From positions 64,001 to 128,000 of the forward strand of contig CAWGLD010000005.1 of the NCBI GenBank assembly GCA_963823335.1: a stretch of DNA of 64,000 nucleotides, given 5' to 3'. The notes under the pieces are model-generated. The model was not told the DNA's origin and ran no database searches. It saw only the letters and a list, made by a program, of their open reading frames with translations. Below, piece by piece: positions 39,756 through 50,170 of the stretch. Each line of letters opens with the position of its first letter. Position 1 is the stretch's first letter. The position numbers were made by a program, and so were the translations under genes. Source of the DNA: an uncultured delta proteobacterium (GTDB lineage Bacteria; Desulfobacterota; Desulfobacteria; Desulfobacterales; B30-G6).

Positions 39756-40148
39756 ATGCTACTGGAAGAGGCTGAAAAAGTTATGGCTGCCGCAAGGGCA
39801 AAAGCACAGGAGATGAATGTTGCCATGTGTATTGCAGTGGTTAATGAAGCGGGCTTTTTAACAACATTTGTTCGCTCTGACAACTCGGAATTATGTGCCA
39901 TCCAATTTGCGATAGATAAAGCATATACGGCGCTTGTAAACCGATTAAGCACGATGGAATTAGGTGAACAATGTCAACCAAGCGGACCGCTTTATGGTCT
40001 TCAGAATAACCTAGGGGGACGTATGGTTATTTTTCCGGGTGGTATTCCAATCTGGAGAGAAGGGAATCTCATTGGCGCCGTCGGCGCAAGTGGGGGTGCC
40101 GTGGAAGAGGATCACGAATGTGCAATGGCGGGCGCGGCTGCGTTGTGA
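39756..40148 (+). CDS. GlcG/HbpS family heme-binding protein
   Basis: IAVV.E.G....F.R.D, A..KAYTA, GG.PI...G..IGAVG.SGG..EED...A. Confidence 0.9.
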   Translation: MLLEEAEKVMAAARAKAQEMNVAMCIAVVNEAGFLTTFVRSDNSELCAIQFAIDKAYTALVNRLSTMELGEQCQPSGPLYGLQNNLGGRMVIFPGGIPIWREGNLIGAVGASGGAVEEDHECAMAGAAAL

Positions 40149-40358
40149 GGTAATCGTATTCGGATGATATGTATTCGTGATGTGGAACACTCTATTTGGA
40201 CGGGAGCCATTAAAAAAAGGAATCAATTGTGGGAAACAGGATTTTCTTGTACGTGGGGGTTGCTCTGTTAGCAATTATCTGATAAACGTCCAACTCTCAC
40301 CTATTCGATTGTTTTATAAACGTAAATTAACCCCAACAGATGAAAGGAGCCTATTGAA

Positions 40359-41435
40359 ATGAAAGAGAAAAAAGAAGCAGGTAAAATCAAAAGGCGTGAT
40401 TTTATCAAGAAAGTAGGCGTCGGAGCCGCTGCGGTTGCAGCGACAGCTGTAAACGCACCCTTTGTACATGCGGCCAAGAAATCTACCATCAAGTGGAGAA
40501 TGCAGACGTATGCTGGCCCGGCACTGGCTGCCCATGTCGCAAAACCCTTCGTAGATGCGTTCAATACGGCTGCCAATGGGGAAATGATCATCGAATTGTA
40601 CAATGCCGATCAGCTCGTACCCCATGGCGAACTCTTCAGAGCTCTGCAAAAGGGCACCATTGATTTCGTTCAAAGTGATGACGACTCCATTGCTTCACCG
40701 GTTGATGTGTCTGTATTTGCGGCTTATTTCCCCCTGGCCTCGCGCTACAGCCTGGATGTCCCCACGCTGTGGAACTGGTACGGGTTTAACGAAATTTGGG
40801 AAGAAGCTTATGCAAAAATCAAAAATGTCACCTGGCTGGGTTCATGTGGTCAGGACCCGTGTAACTTTGCTACCACCAAACCCATCCGCCATATTGAAGA
40901 TTTTAAAGGCTTGAGAATGTATATGTTCCCCACCGGCGGAAGGTTTATGCAGCAGTTCGGCGTTGTTCCCATGGCCCTTCCTTACGAAGATGTTGAGATG
41001 GCCATTCAAACCGGCGAACTGGACGGCGTTGCCTGGTCCGGAATTACCGAGGACTACACAGTTGGCTGGGCCGACGTGACCAAATACTATCTTACCAACA
41101 ATATCTCCGGTGCCTGGGTAGGTTCCTATTTCGCCAATACCGAAAAGTGGAATGCCATCCCGGCACATCTGCAGCAGATGCTCAAGCTGGCAATGGATAG
41201 TGGTAACTACTACAGAGACCACTGGTACTGGTGGGGTGAGGCTTACTATCGTACCCAGAAAAACAAACTGGAACTTACCACCATCCCCGACAATGAATGG
41301 AAAGTCGTGGAAGATGCGGCCCTGAAGTATTGGGATGAAATTGCCGCCAAAAATGAGACGAATGCTAAGTGTGTAAAGATACTCAAAGAATACAACGCAA
41401 TCATGAAGGCAGCCGGTCCTCCTTACCGGTACTAA
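40359..41435 (+). CDS. dctP: TRAP transporter substrate-binding protein (Tat signal)
   Basis: KRRDFIK Tat motif, IKWRMQ, GELF.A.Q.GTID, DFKGLR, A.QTG.LDG. Confidence 0.92.
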   Translation: MKEKKEAGKIKRRDFIKKVGVGAAAVAATAVNAPFVHAAKKSTIKWRMQTYAGPALAAHVAKPFVDAFNTAANGEMIIELYNADQLVPHGELFRALQKGTIDFVQSDDDSIASPVDVSVFAAYFPLASRYSLDVPTLWNWYGFNEIWEEAYAKIKNVTWLGSCGQDPCNFATTKPIRHIEDFKGLRMYMFPTGGRFMQQFGVVPMALPYEDVEMAIQTGELDGVAWSGITEDYTVGWADVTKYYLTNNISGAWVGSYFANTEKWNAIPAHLQQMLKLAMDSGNYYRDHWYWWGEAYYRTQKNKLELTTIPDNEWKVVEDAALKYWDEIAAKNETNAKCVKILKEYNAIMKAAGPPYRY

Positions 41436-41471
41436 TGACATGAACACCACGTATTTATTATAAACAGGAGT

Positions 41472-41512
41472 GACTTTCCCCGGCTTCAACTTAGAGGACG
41501 CCGGGGAAAGTC
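41472..41512 (+). terminator. strong stem-loop after dctP
   Basis: GACTTTCCCCGGC ... GCCGGGGAAAGTC; no U-tract, so possibly an mRNA-stabilising hairpin. Confidence 0.55.
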
Positions 41513-41723
41513 CCCATAAGACCCTGAATTAAATTTATTGAGCGGTTTTTTACAAGAGATAAACCGGAATATTTTGTTAAAGGGTCCACGAGAATAAATG
41601 ACCTGCATCCAGTAGATCGGGGATGTTTCGTGAATTGCTTTTGCAGAATAGACTCGGTTCAGATCGGGTAAAAAATGCGCTCAATTTAATTTTGGACAAT
41701 GGTACCAAGAGAAAGGGGCTGAT

Positions 41724-42248
41724 ATGCCTAAATCAATTAAAGCCTTTGTGCGGTGGGTCGATGCGGTCAACAAGAAGGTCGGCTATTTTTCAATGTATCT
41801 GGTATTTGCCATGACCGGTGTTCTGCTGTACGAATCCATTTCCAGAACCATATTTGACAAACCCCATATATGGGTTGTGGAAATCGCACAGTTCACCATG
41901 GCGGCTTATTACCTGCTCGGCGGGGGGTACTCCATGATTCTGAAAGGACATGTCAGAATGGATCTTCTCTATGGCAGGTGGTCGGTGAAGAAGCAGGCGG
42001 TGATGGATCTGATAACCATGCCGTTTCTCATGTTCTACCTCGTATTTCTCCTCTGGGGAGGATTATCCAGCCTGCAATATGCCATCGAATACCAGCAGGT
42101 GAATTATACTTCATGGGCACCGCTCCTGTGGCCCATCAAATTGATTATGGTTATTGGGATCGCACTGATGCTGCTCCAGACCATAGCGACATTCTTTAAG
42201 GACCTGGAAAAAGCCATCAATGGAACAGAAGGAGAAGAAACAACATGA
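41724..42248 (+). CDS. dctQ: TRAP transporter small permease
   Basis: Four TM segments, W..E, GHVRMDL.Y. Confidence 0.92.
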   Translation: MPKSIKAFVRWVDAVNKKVGYFSMYLVFAMTGVLLYESISRTIFDKPHIWVVEIAQFTMAAYYLLGGGYSMILKGHVRMDLLYGRWSVKKQAVMDLITMPFLMFYLVFLLWGGLSSLQYAIEYQQVNYTSWAPLLWPIKLIMVIGIALMLLQTIATFFKDLEKAINGTEGEETT

Positions 42249-43570
42249 GCCATGAACTAATTGCTCTTTTAATCTTTTTTTCGATGATGCTCATGCTTCT
42301 CACGGGACAGCGTGTTTTTGCCGCCATCGGAGGCGTTGCCACTCTTTTTGCACTCATGCTGTGGGGCGACGGAGCGGCAGAGATGCCTTTCAACGCAAGT
42401 TTTGCACTGCTGAACTGGTATCCGCTCCTGACCCTGCCCATGTTCATCTATATGGGGTATATGTTTTCCGAATCAGGCATTGCCAGTGATCTTTATCGCA
42501 TGTTTCATGTTTGGATGGGGCCGATTCACGGCGGGCTTGCCATCGGGACGATGGGGTTGATGGTTGCTGTCTCCGCTATGAACGGCCTGAGTGTGGCGGG
42601 CATGGCCATTGGTGCCAGTATCGCCATGCCGGAGATGCTAAAGCGGAAATATGACAAAGTCATGGTTACCGGCGTTATCCAGGCGGGCAGTTCCCTGGGT
42701 ATCATGGTCCCTCCCAGTGTCGTTCTGGTTCTTTATGGTATGATCGCCAGACAGCCGGTGGGTCAGCTGTGGCTGGCAGGTGTTTTCCCCGGTCTCCTGC
42801 TGGCAGGTTTGTTTATCGCTTACATCGCTATTCGCTGCCGACTTCAGCCGCATCTGGGGCCGACCTTGGCCAAAGAAGAGCTGGCACTGATCTCATGGGG
42901 AGAAAAATTACGGCTCCTCAAAGCCGGGATTATTCCCCTGGTCATTATCTTTTCCATGACAGGCCTGTTTCTGCTGGGGATCACCAGCCTGGTGGAGTGC
43001 TCTGCAGCGGGTGCCGCGGTAACGACCCTTGTGGCTTGGCTCAAAAAACGCTTAAACCGTCAAGTCCTGGAAGATACGCTTCGGCTTACCTTGAGCGTCA
43101 GTTGCATGTTCATGTGGGTCATTTTGGCGGCGCTCTGTTTTGGTGCCGTCTTTGACGGTCTTGGCGCCGTGCACGCAATTAAAAGACTGTTTCTGGATCA
43201 ATGGGGTCTCAGTCCCTTTGGTATCCTTGTTATGATGCAGCTCTCCTACATCGTAATGGGTATGTTTCTGGATGACACGGCCATGCTCATCATTGTTGCA
43301 CCGCTATATGTGCCCCTGGTTATCGAACTGGGTTACAACCCCATCTGGTACGGTGTTCTCTATACGATAACCTGCCAGATTGCTTACATGACGCCGCCGT
43401 TTGGTTATAACTTGTTCCTGATGAAAGCCATGGCGCCCAAGGAAGTGTCGCTTGCGGATATCTACCGTTCCATTGTACCCTTTGTACTGGTCATGATACT
43501 GGGCCTGATTGTTTGTATGTTGTTTCCCCAGATATCCCTGTGGCTGCCAGGTGTATATTTCGGAAATTAA
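42245..43570 (+). CDS. dctM: TRAP transporter large permease
   Basis: LPMFIYMG, PEML.R.Y, LGI.VPPS, PIWYG, TPPFG.NLF. Confidence 0.93.
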   Translation: MSHELIALLIFFSMMLMLLTGQRVFAAIGGVATLFALMLWGDGAAEMPFNASFALLNWYPLLTLPMFIYMGYMFSESGIASDLYRMFHVWMGPIHGGLAIGTMGLMVAVSAMNGLSVAGMAIGASIAMPEMLKRKYDKVMVTGVIQAGSSLGIMVPPSVVLVLYGMIARQPVGQLWLAGVFPGLLLAGLFIAYIAIRCRLQPHLGPTLAKEELALISWGEKLRLLKAGIIPLVIIFSMTGLFLLGITSLVECSAAGAAVTTLVAWLKKRLNRQVLEDTLRLTLSVSCMFMWVILAALCFGAVFDGLGAVHAIKRLFLDQWGLSPFGILVMMQLSYIVMGMFLDDTAMLIIVAPLYVPLVIELGYNPIWYGVLYTITCQIAYMTPPFGYNLFLMKAMAPKEVSLADIYRSIVPFVLVMILGLIVCMLFPQISLWLPGVYFGN

Positions 43571-43713
43571 AATCAGGCAGTGACGCTGGTCTTAAGTTAT
43601 TTACGTTTTAACTTTAAAGAAAGCTTGCATTTGATTCAACCGGGAAATTGACTTTCCTGACATCACGCATGAAACAGCAACGCAAAGTTTATCATCAAAA
43701 AAAAGGATGCAAA

Positions 43714-44247
43714 ATGAATTTTCCTAATATTCAGATCAAAAAGATTCTTTATGCAACCGACCTGTCGGAAACGGCAATTCACGCTTTTTCCTATGCCCTA
43801 AGTCTTGCCGCGGCGTACCATGCCGGCATAATCATGCTTCATGTGGTTTCTGAAAGTTCCGGCGAAGAATTCATATCAAGCATGATCAGTGCCAAGACAT
43901 TGAAAGAAATCAAGGAACAGTATCATTCAGACGCCCGGCAAAATATGATTGGAAAGAGACGGGAGTTTGGTGTCATAAAGGATGCACTTCAGGCATTTTC
44001 CGACAAGGCAATAGCTGCCAATGATACTAATCAAAACCTTCTCACCGATGAAATTTTAGTCGAAGATGGCCCACCGGCTGAAACTATTGTTAAAACAGCC
44101 AGAACACTGAATTGTGATCTCATCGTCATGGGCACCCACGGCCAAGGCGGTATCACGGAGCTTCTTGCCGGGAGTACTGCAAAGAAAGTGGTCAAACAAT
44201 CTCCCATTCCGGTTATGGTTATTCGTTTGCCAAAGGTTAAAAATTAG
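43714..44247 (+). CDS. universal stress protein
   Basis: KKILYATDLS, LHVV, G.P..TI, DLIVMGTHG, GSTA..VV..S..PV. Confidence 0.92.
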   Translation: MNFPNIQIKKILYATDLSETAIHAFSYALSLAAAYHAGIIMLHVVSESSGEEFISSMISAKTLKEIKEQYHSDARQNMIGKRREFGVIKDALQAFSDKAIAANDTNQNLLTDEILVEDGPPAETIVKTARTLNCDLIVMGTHGQGGITELLAGSTAKKVVKQSPIPVMVIRLPKVKN

Positions 44248-44258
44248 TCCGACCCAAA

Positions 44259-44289
44259 AAAACTCCCCGCCCAAAAGCGGGGAGTTTTG
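44259..44289. terminator. bidirectional intrinsic terminator
   Basis: AAAACTCCCCGC-CCAAAA-GCGGGGAGTTTT between the convergent usp and moaD-like genes. Confidence 0.8.
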
Positions 44290-44311
44290 TAAACACCGGG
44301 TGTCGCTATTT

Positions 44312-44548
44312 CTATCCTCCACAAATAAAACCCCAGATTTTAATCCTATCTCCATCTTTCACGATATACGCTTCGGTCTGGGGCGTATTGTTTACCAGGA
44401 AGGTTTTTCCCGGTTTTTTGGGAAAATTAAAATAGGCTGACAATTCCTTGAGCGACAAGGGTCCAGGCAAGCTAACGGTATTGTCTGAATCAATCTTGCC
44501 TTCACCGTATTTCTTGAGAATTGTATATAGGTACACCTTGATTTTCAT
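44312..44548 (-). CDS. MoaD/ThiS family sulfur carrier
   Basis: 78 aa, VN...., KDGD.I, C-terminal GG; downstream of AOR. Confidence 0.85.
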   Translation of the reverse strand: MKIKVYLYTILKKYGEGKIDSDNTVSLPGPLSLKELSAYFNFPKKPGKTFLVNNTPQTEAYIVKDGDRIKIWGFICGG

Positions 44549-44554
44549 GGGCGA

Positions 44555-46435
44555 TCAGATATTTTCCAGACCGAGCTGTTCAAGTTTCTCTTTTGAAGGC
44601 TTACCTGTTTCGCTATCCCATTCCCTGGCTTCATAGTACTCGTCCAGCATGCTGTCAAAGTCACTGATAGCACACCGGGTTTCATTTTCGTAGAATCCAA
44701 AAGCGGGTTGCTGGGCAGCTCTTTCAGGCAGGCGGTCATCCTTTCGCTGCAGGCCTTCGCGTATGTTAAACATGCGCTGAAGGTTCAGTACCCGCTCACC
44801 CACTGCCATCAGATCCTGACCGCTGGTTTGCCATCCTGTGGCTGCCGAGTAGATATCTGCCAGATGCTCCAGAGAAATACCGGCGTACATGAAAAATTTA
44901 CAGGTATTCAATATGTCGGGTACCACGAGTCCATCCTGCAGCATTTTAACGGCCTTCCCTTTGCCTTTTTCATCCCACCGGTCTACCTTTTCAGGGTCGG
45001 GAAGACCATATTTCATTAAACCAAAATCCATTTTGCCGGAATCCCAAGCCATCCCCTCCAACGGCTGAATATGGCACATACCTCTGTTGCCAGTACCATA
45101 GGTAATTGCCAGGGCCTTGCCAGACCTGGCGTCGTGGGCCGGTCCTTCAAGACCTTTTATGTGAACAGCAAAGGCTTTGGAACCTTTCCCGATCAGCTCG
45201 GATGCTTTTTTAACGCCTTCCGCCAGCGTGTTACCGATGCCCTCCCTGAGAGCCATCATTTTGACCAATACGGGCAGGACATCCGGGTTTCCCCAGCTGA
45301 GATCCAGACCGGAAACATCCTCTTTCGTTAGCATACCGTTTTCATAGCATTCCATTGCAAATGCTATCATGGCACCCGCAGTTATGGTATCAACACCGTA
45401 TTCATTACACAGGTAGGTACTGTGAACGGCCGACGCGACATTTTCGTTCAGCACGAAGGCCGTAAATGCTGAAAGAGACTCGTACTCGCTGCCTTCATGG
45501 GCCGGGGTTTCAAATTTGCCCGATTTTACATCGGCGATCCTGCCGCAGGCAATGGGGCAGCCCAGGTAGCATCCGTTATTCTTGACCAGGTGATTTTTAG
45601 AAAAGGTATCATATATTTTTTCGCCTTTACCCCAGGAATTGGATTGCCAGTTTTTCGAGGGCCAATCACCGCCAGCATCATTGCCGCCTATGTCACCAGC
45701 TGTTCCATGCTCACGGAATCCATCGGCGGTTTCGCTGGATCGAATAACATCCATGGCGCTTTTGATGGCCGTTTTCAATTTGTCCGGGTCTGCCACCGGA
45801 GCCTGACATGAGCCCTTGACGGCGATGCCTAAAAGGTTTTTGGATCCCATTACGGCGCCGCCCCCGCACCTTCCAGCGGCACGGTGCCCCACCATGAGGG
45901 TAGCAAACTTGACCAGCTTTTCTCCGCCAGGTCCGATACACAGCACGGAAATTTTCGTGTCGGTCAGGGATTCCCTGATCAGGCTGGTCTTTTCTGTGAC
46001 GGTTTTGTTCTTGAGATGACCGGCAGGATGAAGGGACACGTCCTGGTCGTTTATAGAAAGAAAGACCGGCTCAGGTGAAGCGCCCTCGATAATGAGCGCA
46101 TCATAACCGGCTTTTCTGAGGTCGGGGCCGAAATTGCCACCGGATCTGGATTCCCCCCAGACGTGTGTCAAGGGCGATTTGAAGCAGACCATAATGCTGC
46201 CCCCGCCGGGTATCTTATTGGCCGTCAGAGGGCTGGTGGCAAAAACGATTTTATTGCTCGGAGAAAGCGGATCAATACCTTTTTCAAGCTCATCGTAAAG
46301 CACACGGGCGCCGTACCCTACGCCACCGATATACTTTTTTAATATCTCAATGTCGATGTCTTCTGTTTTTATCTCACCAGTATCAAGAGAAACGCGTAGC
46401 TGCTTGCCGTAATATCCATAAAGTGCTTGGTTCAT
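44555..46435 (-). CDS. tungsten-type aldehyde:ferredoxin oxidoreductase family protein
   Basis: KSPLT, IGP.GE, AAGR.G.GAVMGSKNL, C..CPI.C, EYE, G.DTI, YYE.R.WD. Confidence 0.94.
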   Translation of the reverse strand: MNQALYGYYGKQLRVSLDTGEIKTEDIDIEILKKYIGGVGYGARVLYDELEKGIDPLSPSNKIVFATSPLTANKIPGGGSIMVCFKSPLTHVWGESRSGGNFGPDLRKAGYDALIIEGASPEPVFLSINDQDVSLHPAGHLKNKTVTEKTSLIRESLTDTKISVLCIGPGGEKLVKFATLMVGHRAAGRCGGGAVMGSKNLLGIAVKGSCQAPVADPDKLKTAIKSAMDVIRSSETADGFREHGTAGDIGGNDAGGDWPSKNWQSNSWGKGEKIYDTFSKNHLVKNNGCYLGCPIACGRIADVKSGKFETPAHEGSEYESLSAFTAFVLNENVASAVHSTYLCNEYGVDTITAGAMIAFAMECYENGMLTKEDVSGLDLSWGNPDVLPVLVKMMALREGIGNTLAEGVKKASELIGKGSKAFAVHIKGLEGPAHDARSGKALAITYGTGNRGMCHIQPLEGMAWDSGKMDFGLMKYGLPDPEKVDRWDEKGKGKAVKMLQDGLVVPDILNTCKFFMYAGISLEHLADIYSAATGWQTSGQDLMAVGERVLNLQRMFNIREGLQRKDDRLPERAAQQPAFGFYENETRCAISDFDSMLDEYYEAREWDSETGKPSKEKLEQLGLENI

Positions 46436-46581
46436 CGATTCCTCCTTTGATCATCCGCTTATAGGTGGTGAACGTTAATTCTTTAATGGCTCATCGTAAT
46501 CAATGGCGATTTTAGGGGACCTCTAAGCATATCTAATAAATTTGTGATGAATTTAATACATTGTCAATATGTTTTCCCAAT

Positions 46582-47487
46582 CTATTGAGATATTCGGGAT
46601 AAAAGCGTGTCAATTCGATCCCGGGCATTGAGGGACTCCAGCCAATCTTTGGGCAGGGCATCCATCCCGTTGTGGGCGCCCAGAACCATGCCCGCGAGCA
46701 TACCCCTGGCTGCTGAATCCCCACCGGCCATGACGTTTTCAACCAGTGCTTCCCTGAAGTCATTTTCGTATTTGGTTATCAAATGGATGGTACCTGGAAG
46801 ACCGGCCTCTACACTGCACATCTGCCCGAATTCTGCGATGACGGCCCGGGTATCCTTGTCCTGACTTGTCAAACCCAGGTACAGGGAGTCTGTGATATCC
46901 GTATTTTGAAATCGATTTTCAAGCAGATGGGAAATAGCGGCTGACGGCTTTTCGCCTGCCAGGGTACGAAAGGACAGCCTTATAAAAAACTCGGCACTGT
47001 TCAGGACAGCGGAATTGTTGTGGGTCAAGGCTGTCTGGTGCCTGGCAGCCTGAATGGCCGATTCCAGATTGTCGGTATACCTGTACACAATGGGAGCTAT
47101 TCTGGCTGCGCCGGCAAGTTCGTCCGAAGATGACCCGTTGTCCAGAAGGCTGTTTCTTTCCGTCATATTCTGGAGCGTCGTGAGAGTTGCCTTGTCCCGA
47201 TATCCTTCGTAGCTCTCGAAGAAGGATTGCCATGCCTGGGCAAACTGTGTCTGATCAAATCCTGAAGCGTCCACCAGAGACTCGAGCAGCAACAGCATTT
47301 GATCACCGCAGTGGGTGAAGTCTCCTTTCTTTTTACCGGCATGGTAGCTGACCAAAGGATCAAAATAGTGTTGTACCCGACCGAATTTTTTATCGATGAC
47401 ATTCGTGTTGTAGACCCAGTGGGGTCCCAATGCCAGCGCATCACCCACAAATGAGCCGAAAATCATTGCCCTTTTATTTTCTTTCAT
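46582..47487 (-). CDS. ADP-ribosylglycohydrolase family protein
   Basis: GDALAL..HW, GDFT..GDQ, LTH, AGGDSAARG...G...GA; start at ATG 47487 after AGGAG. Confidence 0.88.
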   Translation of the reverse strand: MKENKRAMIFGSFVGDALALGPHWVYNTNVIDKKFGRVQHYFDPLVSYHAGKKKGDFTHCGDQMLLLLESLVDASGFDQTQFAQAWQSFFESYEGYRDKATLTTLQNMTERNSLLDNGSSSDELAGAARIAPIVYRYTDNLESAIQAARHQTALTHNNSAVLNSAEFFIRLSFRTLAGEKPSAAISHLLENRFQNTDITDSLYLGLTSQDKDTRAVIAEFGQMCSVEAGLPGTIHLITKYENDFREALVENVMAGGDSAARGMLAGMVLGAHNGMDALPKDWLESLNARDRIDTLLSRISQ

Positions 47488-47548
47488 ATCTGCTCTCCTT
47501 TTTCTATCAATGTATTCCCCGTTGCCAGCCGCGGCGAATACTCGGAAG

Positions 47549-48118
47549 TCATGACCGATAATAGACTGACAAATAGAGATGTTCACCCATATCGATTGTT
47601 TTGGCCGGGAGCAATTTAAATGGCCGCATAAATGCTTCCAGGGTGTTTGGCGAAATTCTTATTTTCATGGGAGGTCCAGGCGGGCCTTCTTTTTTTTTGA
47701 ACTCGATCACGGCTAACCGGCCATCCGGCTTCAATGTTCTTTCTATCTCTTTCAGGGCCCCCTGATCCGTGTTGTCTTGAACGAGGTCGTGCAGCACCGT
47801 GGCCATGAGACATAGATCCACAGAATGATCTGCCATGGGTATGTGCTGACTGGCATCGGCAATATGGGGGAAAATGTTGTCGATATTTCTGGTTTGAATC
47901 TCAGTTTTCAAGGAATGGATACCGTCTTCCCACAAGTCAACGGCAACTATTTTTCCTGACGGACCCACATGAGTAGAAGCTGCCATGGCGTACGCGCCCA
48001 CACCGCAGGCGAGATCCAGCATGGTAATATTTTTCATCAACCCGAGCTCAGAGAAAAGTTTACTGGAATCGATGAGTGAAAAACTGCTTTTTCCTGCGGC
48101 TATCGGTTTATCTGCCAT
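47549..48118 (-). CDS. class I SAM-dependent methyltransferase
   Basis: LDLACGVG, AVD, VLHD, LKP.GRL..IEF, GPP. Confidence 0.9.
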   Translation of the reverse strand: MADKPIAAGKSSFSLIDSSKLFSELGLMKNITMLDLACGVGAYAMAASTHVGPSGKIVAVDLWEDGIHSLKTEIQTRNIDNIFPHIADASQHIPMADHSVDLCLMATVLHDLVQDNTDQGALKEIERTLKPDGRLAVIEFKKKEGPPGPPMKIRISPNTLEAFMRPFKLLPAKTIDMGEHLYLSVYYRS

Positions 48119-48419
48119 ATAAAACACCTCACACTTTCGCGGTTTATAAGATTGTGGAATGATTTCATACTAAGTACGATCTCAACGGGATGCAAGCAAA
48201 AGGTGGTCAGCATCGGCTCAAAATGCTCGGATCATATCCCGAATTGAACTGCAACAGTGAACGCTATCTTCCTGGCCTGCTGCGGAGTAATCTGCAATTC
48301 ACAGTTGATGTTTGGGTTGATTTGATTTAGGTTTTGACTCTTATTAGCCTAAGCAGCGACAAGATCGCGCCCACAAAAGTGTTGATAGGTTTTTACGCGT
48401 GTAAGGATGTTATCGATAT

Positions 48420-49943
48420 ATGGAGTTACCAGCAGAAATCATCGATTCAAAACACAGGACGATGATTATCTTTTCCGCATTGCTGGCCCTGTTTCTGGGG
48501 GCCATGGATGCATTGATCATGACGGCAGCCATGCCGACGATTGTTTCAGAACTAGGGGGGCTGCACCTGTACAGCTGGGTTTATTCAGCCTATCTTCTGG
48601 CAAGGGCTGTTTCATTACCGGTTTTCGGCAAGCTGGGCGATCTATTTAAAAACAAACACATTTTCTTGATTTCTATCGCTGTTTTTCTGTTGTCGTCCGC
48701 CACGGCCGGGTTTTCGCCCAACATGGCCTTCTTGATCGTCTGCAGGGTGTTTCAAGGTATCGGTTCCGGCGGAATCTTTGCCATGGTATATATTGTACTG
48801 GCAGATATCTCGCCACCAGGCCAACGGACCAAGACCATGTCCTTTGCCAGTTCGGTTTGGGGGATCGCCAGTGTTCTAGGGCCAACGCTGGGCGGTTTCA
48901 TTGTCTCCTATGCATCCTGGCGATGGATATTTTTTATCAATGTGCCTTTAGGCCTGTTTTCATTAGCGGGTATTGCTTTTTTCCTGGTGGAGATAAGGGA
49001 AAAACGCAGCAAAGTGTCCCTGGACCTGCTTGGCGTTTTGACCCTTTCCGTATCCATTGTGGGATTGTTGAGTCTGTTTCTGGCGGGGGGCCAAGATTTT
49101 GCATGGGGCTCTCCCCAGGTCATAGTCCTCCTGCTGGTGAGTATTTCAGCGGCCATAGGGTTCGTTTATTGTGAAAAGCGTGCTGAAGATCCGATCATTT
49201 CCCTGGCGTTTTTCAAAATAAGAGGATTTGCCATCGGAAATGCTTCTGTATTTATGAGCAGCTTTGCCATTTTTGCTTTTTTTGCATTTGCACCTATATT
49301 TATGCAAGGTGCCCAGGGCAAGAGCCCCATGCAGGTGGGTATCGCTATGCTTTCCCTGAGTCTTGGATGGTCCATCGGCTCGATCATTTTCGGTCAGATA
49401 TCGAATCGACTCGGCGCAAAAGCTGCGGCAATCATGGGTGCCATGTGCCTGGTTGCGGGCTGTGGCCTTTCTTTGACATTTGATACGGAAACTTCCATGC
49501 TTTTCAGTTTTCTCGTATTCCAGCTGGTGGGGCTCGGCATGGGGTTCGTAGCACTGGCAACCCTTGTGATTGTTCAAAATGCCATGGATCCATCTGATCT
49601 TGGGGTTGCGACCGCTTCTCATCAGTTTATGCGAACATTTGGTGGTACGGTGGGTATCGGTATCTGTGGCGGCTTGCTGATGTCCAGACTGACTGCCGCC
49701 ATGGATAATCTGGTGAATAAGGATGTTATGGGGATTCTGCCGGAGACATTGTCAAATCAGTCCCAGAGAAGTTTTGAGTATTTACTACGCCCGGAATTTC
49801 AGGCGTTATTGCCGGAGACAACCAGGGGGGCGCTTCAGGTATCCATTGCATCCAGCGTTCAATTCGTTTTCTGGGTTACACTGTTTATTTCACTGCTTTG
49901 CCTGGTTATCTGTTTTCTTCTCCCTGACAGCAGGGATGAATAA
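48420..49943 (+). CDS. MFS drug-resistance transporter (DHA2-like)
   Basis: LGAMD..I...A.P.I, GKL.D..., R.FQGIG.GG, GPTLGG...WRWIF.INVP. Confidence 0.92.
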   Translation: MELPAEIIDSKHRTMIIFSALLALFLGAMDALIMTAAMPTIVSELGGLHLYSWVYSAYLLARAVSLPVFGKLGDLFKNKHIFLISIAVFLLSSATAGFSPNMAFLIVCRVFQGIGSGGIFAMVYIVLADISPPGQRTKTMSFASSVWGIASVLGPTLGGFIVSYASWRWIFFINVPLGLFSLAGIAFFLVEIREKRSKVSLDLLGVLTLSVSIVGLLSLFLAGGQDFAWGSPQVIVLLLVSISAAIGFVYCEKRAEDPIISLAFFKIRGFAIGNASVFMSSFAIFAFFAFAPIFMQGAQGKSPMQVGIAMLSLSLGWSIGSIIFGQISNRLGAKAAAIMGAMCLVAGCGLSLTFDTETSMLFSFLVFQLVGLGMGFVALATLVIVQNAMDPSDLGVATASHQFMRTFGGTVGIGICGGLLMSRLTAAMDNLVNKDVMGILPETLSNQSQRSFEYLLRPEFQALLPETTRGALQVSIASSVQFVFWVTLFISLLCLVICFLLPDSRDE

Positions 49944-50170
49944 AAAGGGTTCGAGGGTCAGAGGGTGATACAAGGGTTCGAGGGGAATAGCGGTTCATTG
50001 AGTATTTTTGACGTATTAGGTTGGTGAAACCGGGTCAAAATTCGAGAACTGTATACCCCTTGCCGAGAGCAACCCAATAAACAAAATAACAAGTATTCAG
50101 GATTCCAGCGCTTACAGAGCTTGCAGCTGCGGAAGTTGGGTTATGACAATTGTTGGAGAGGAGGACAAAA

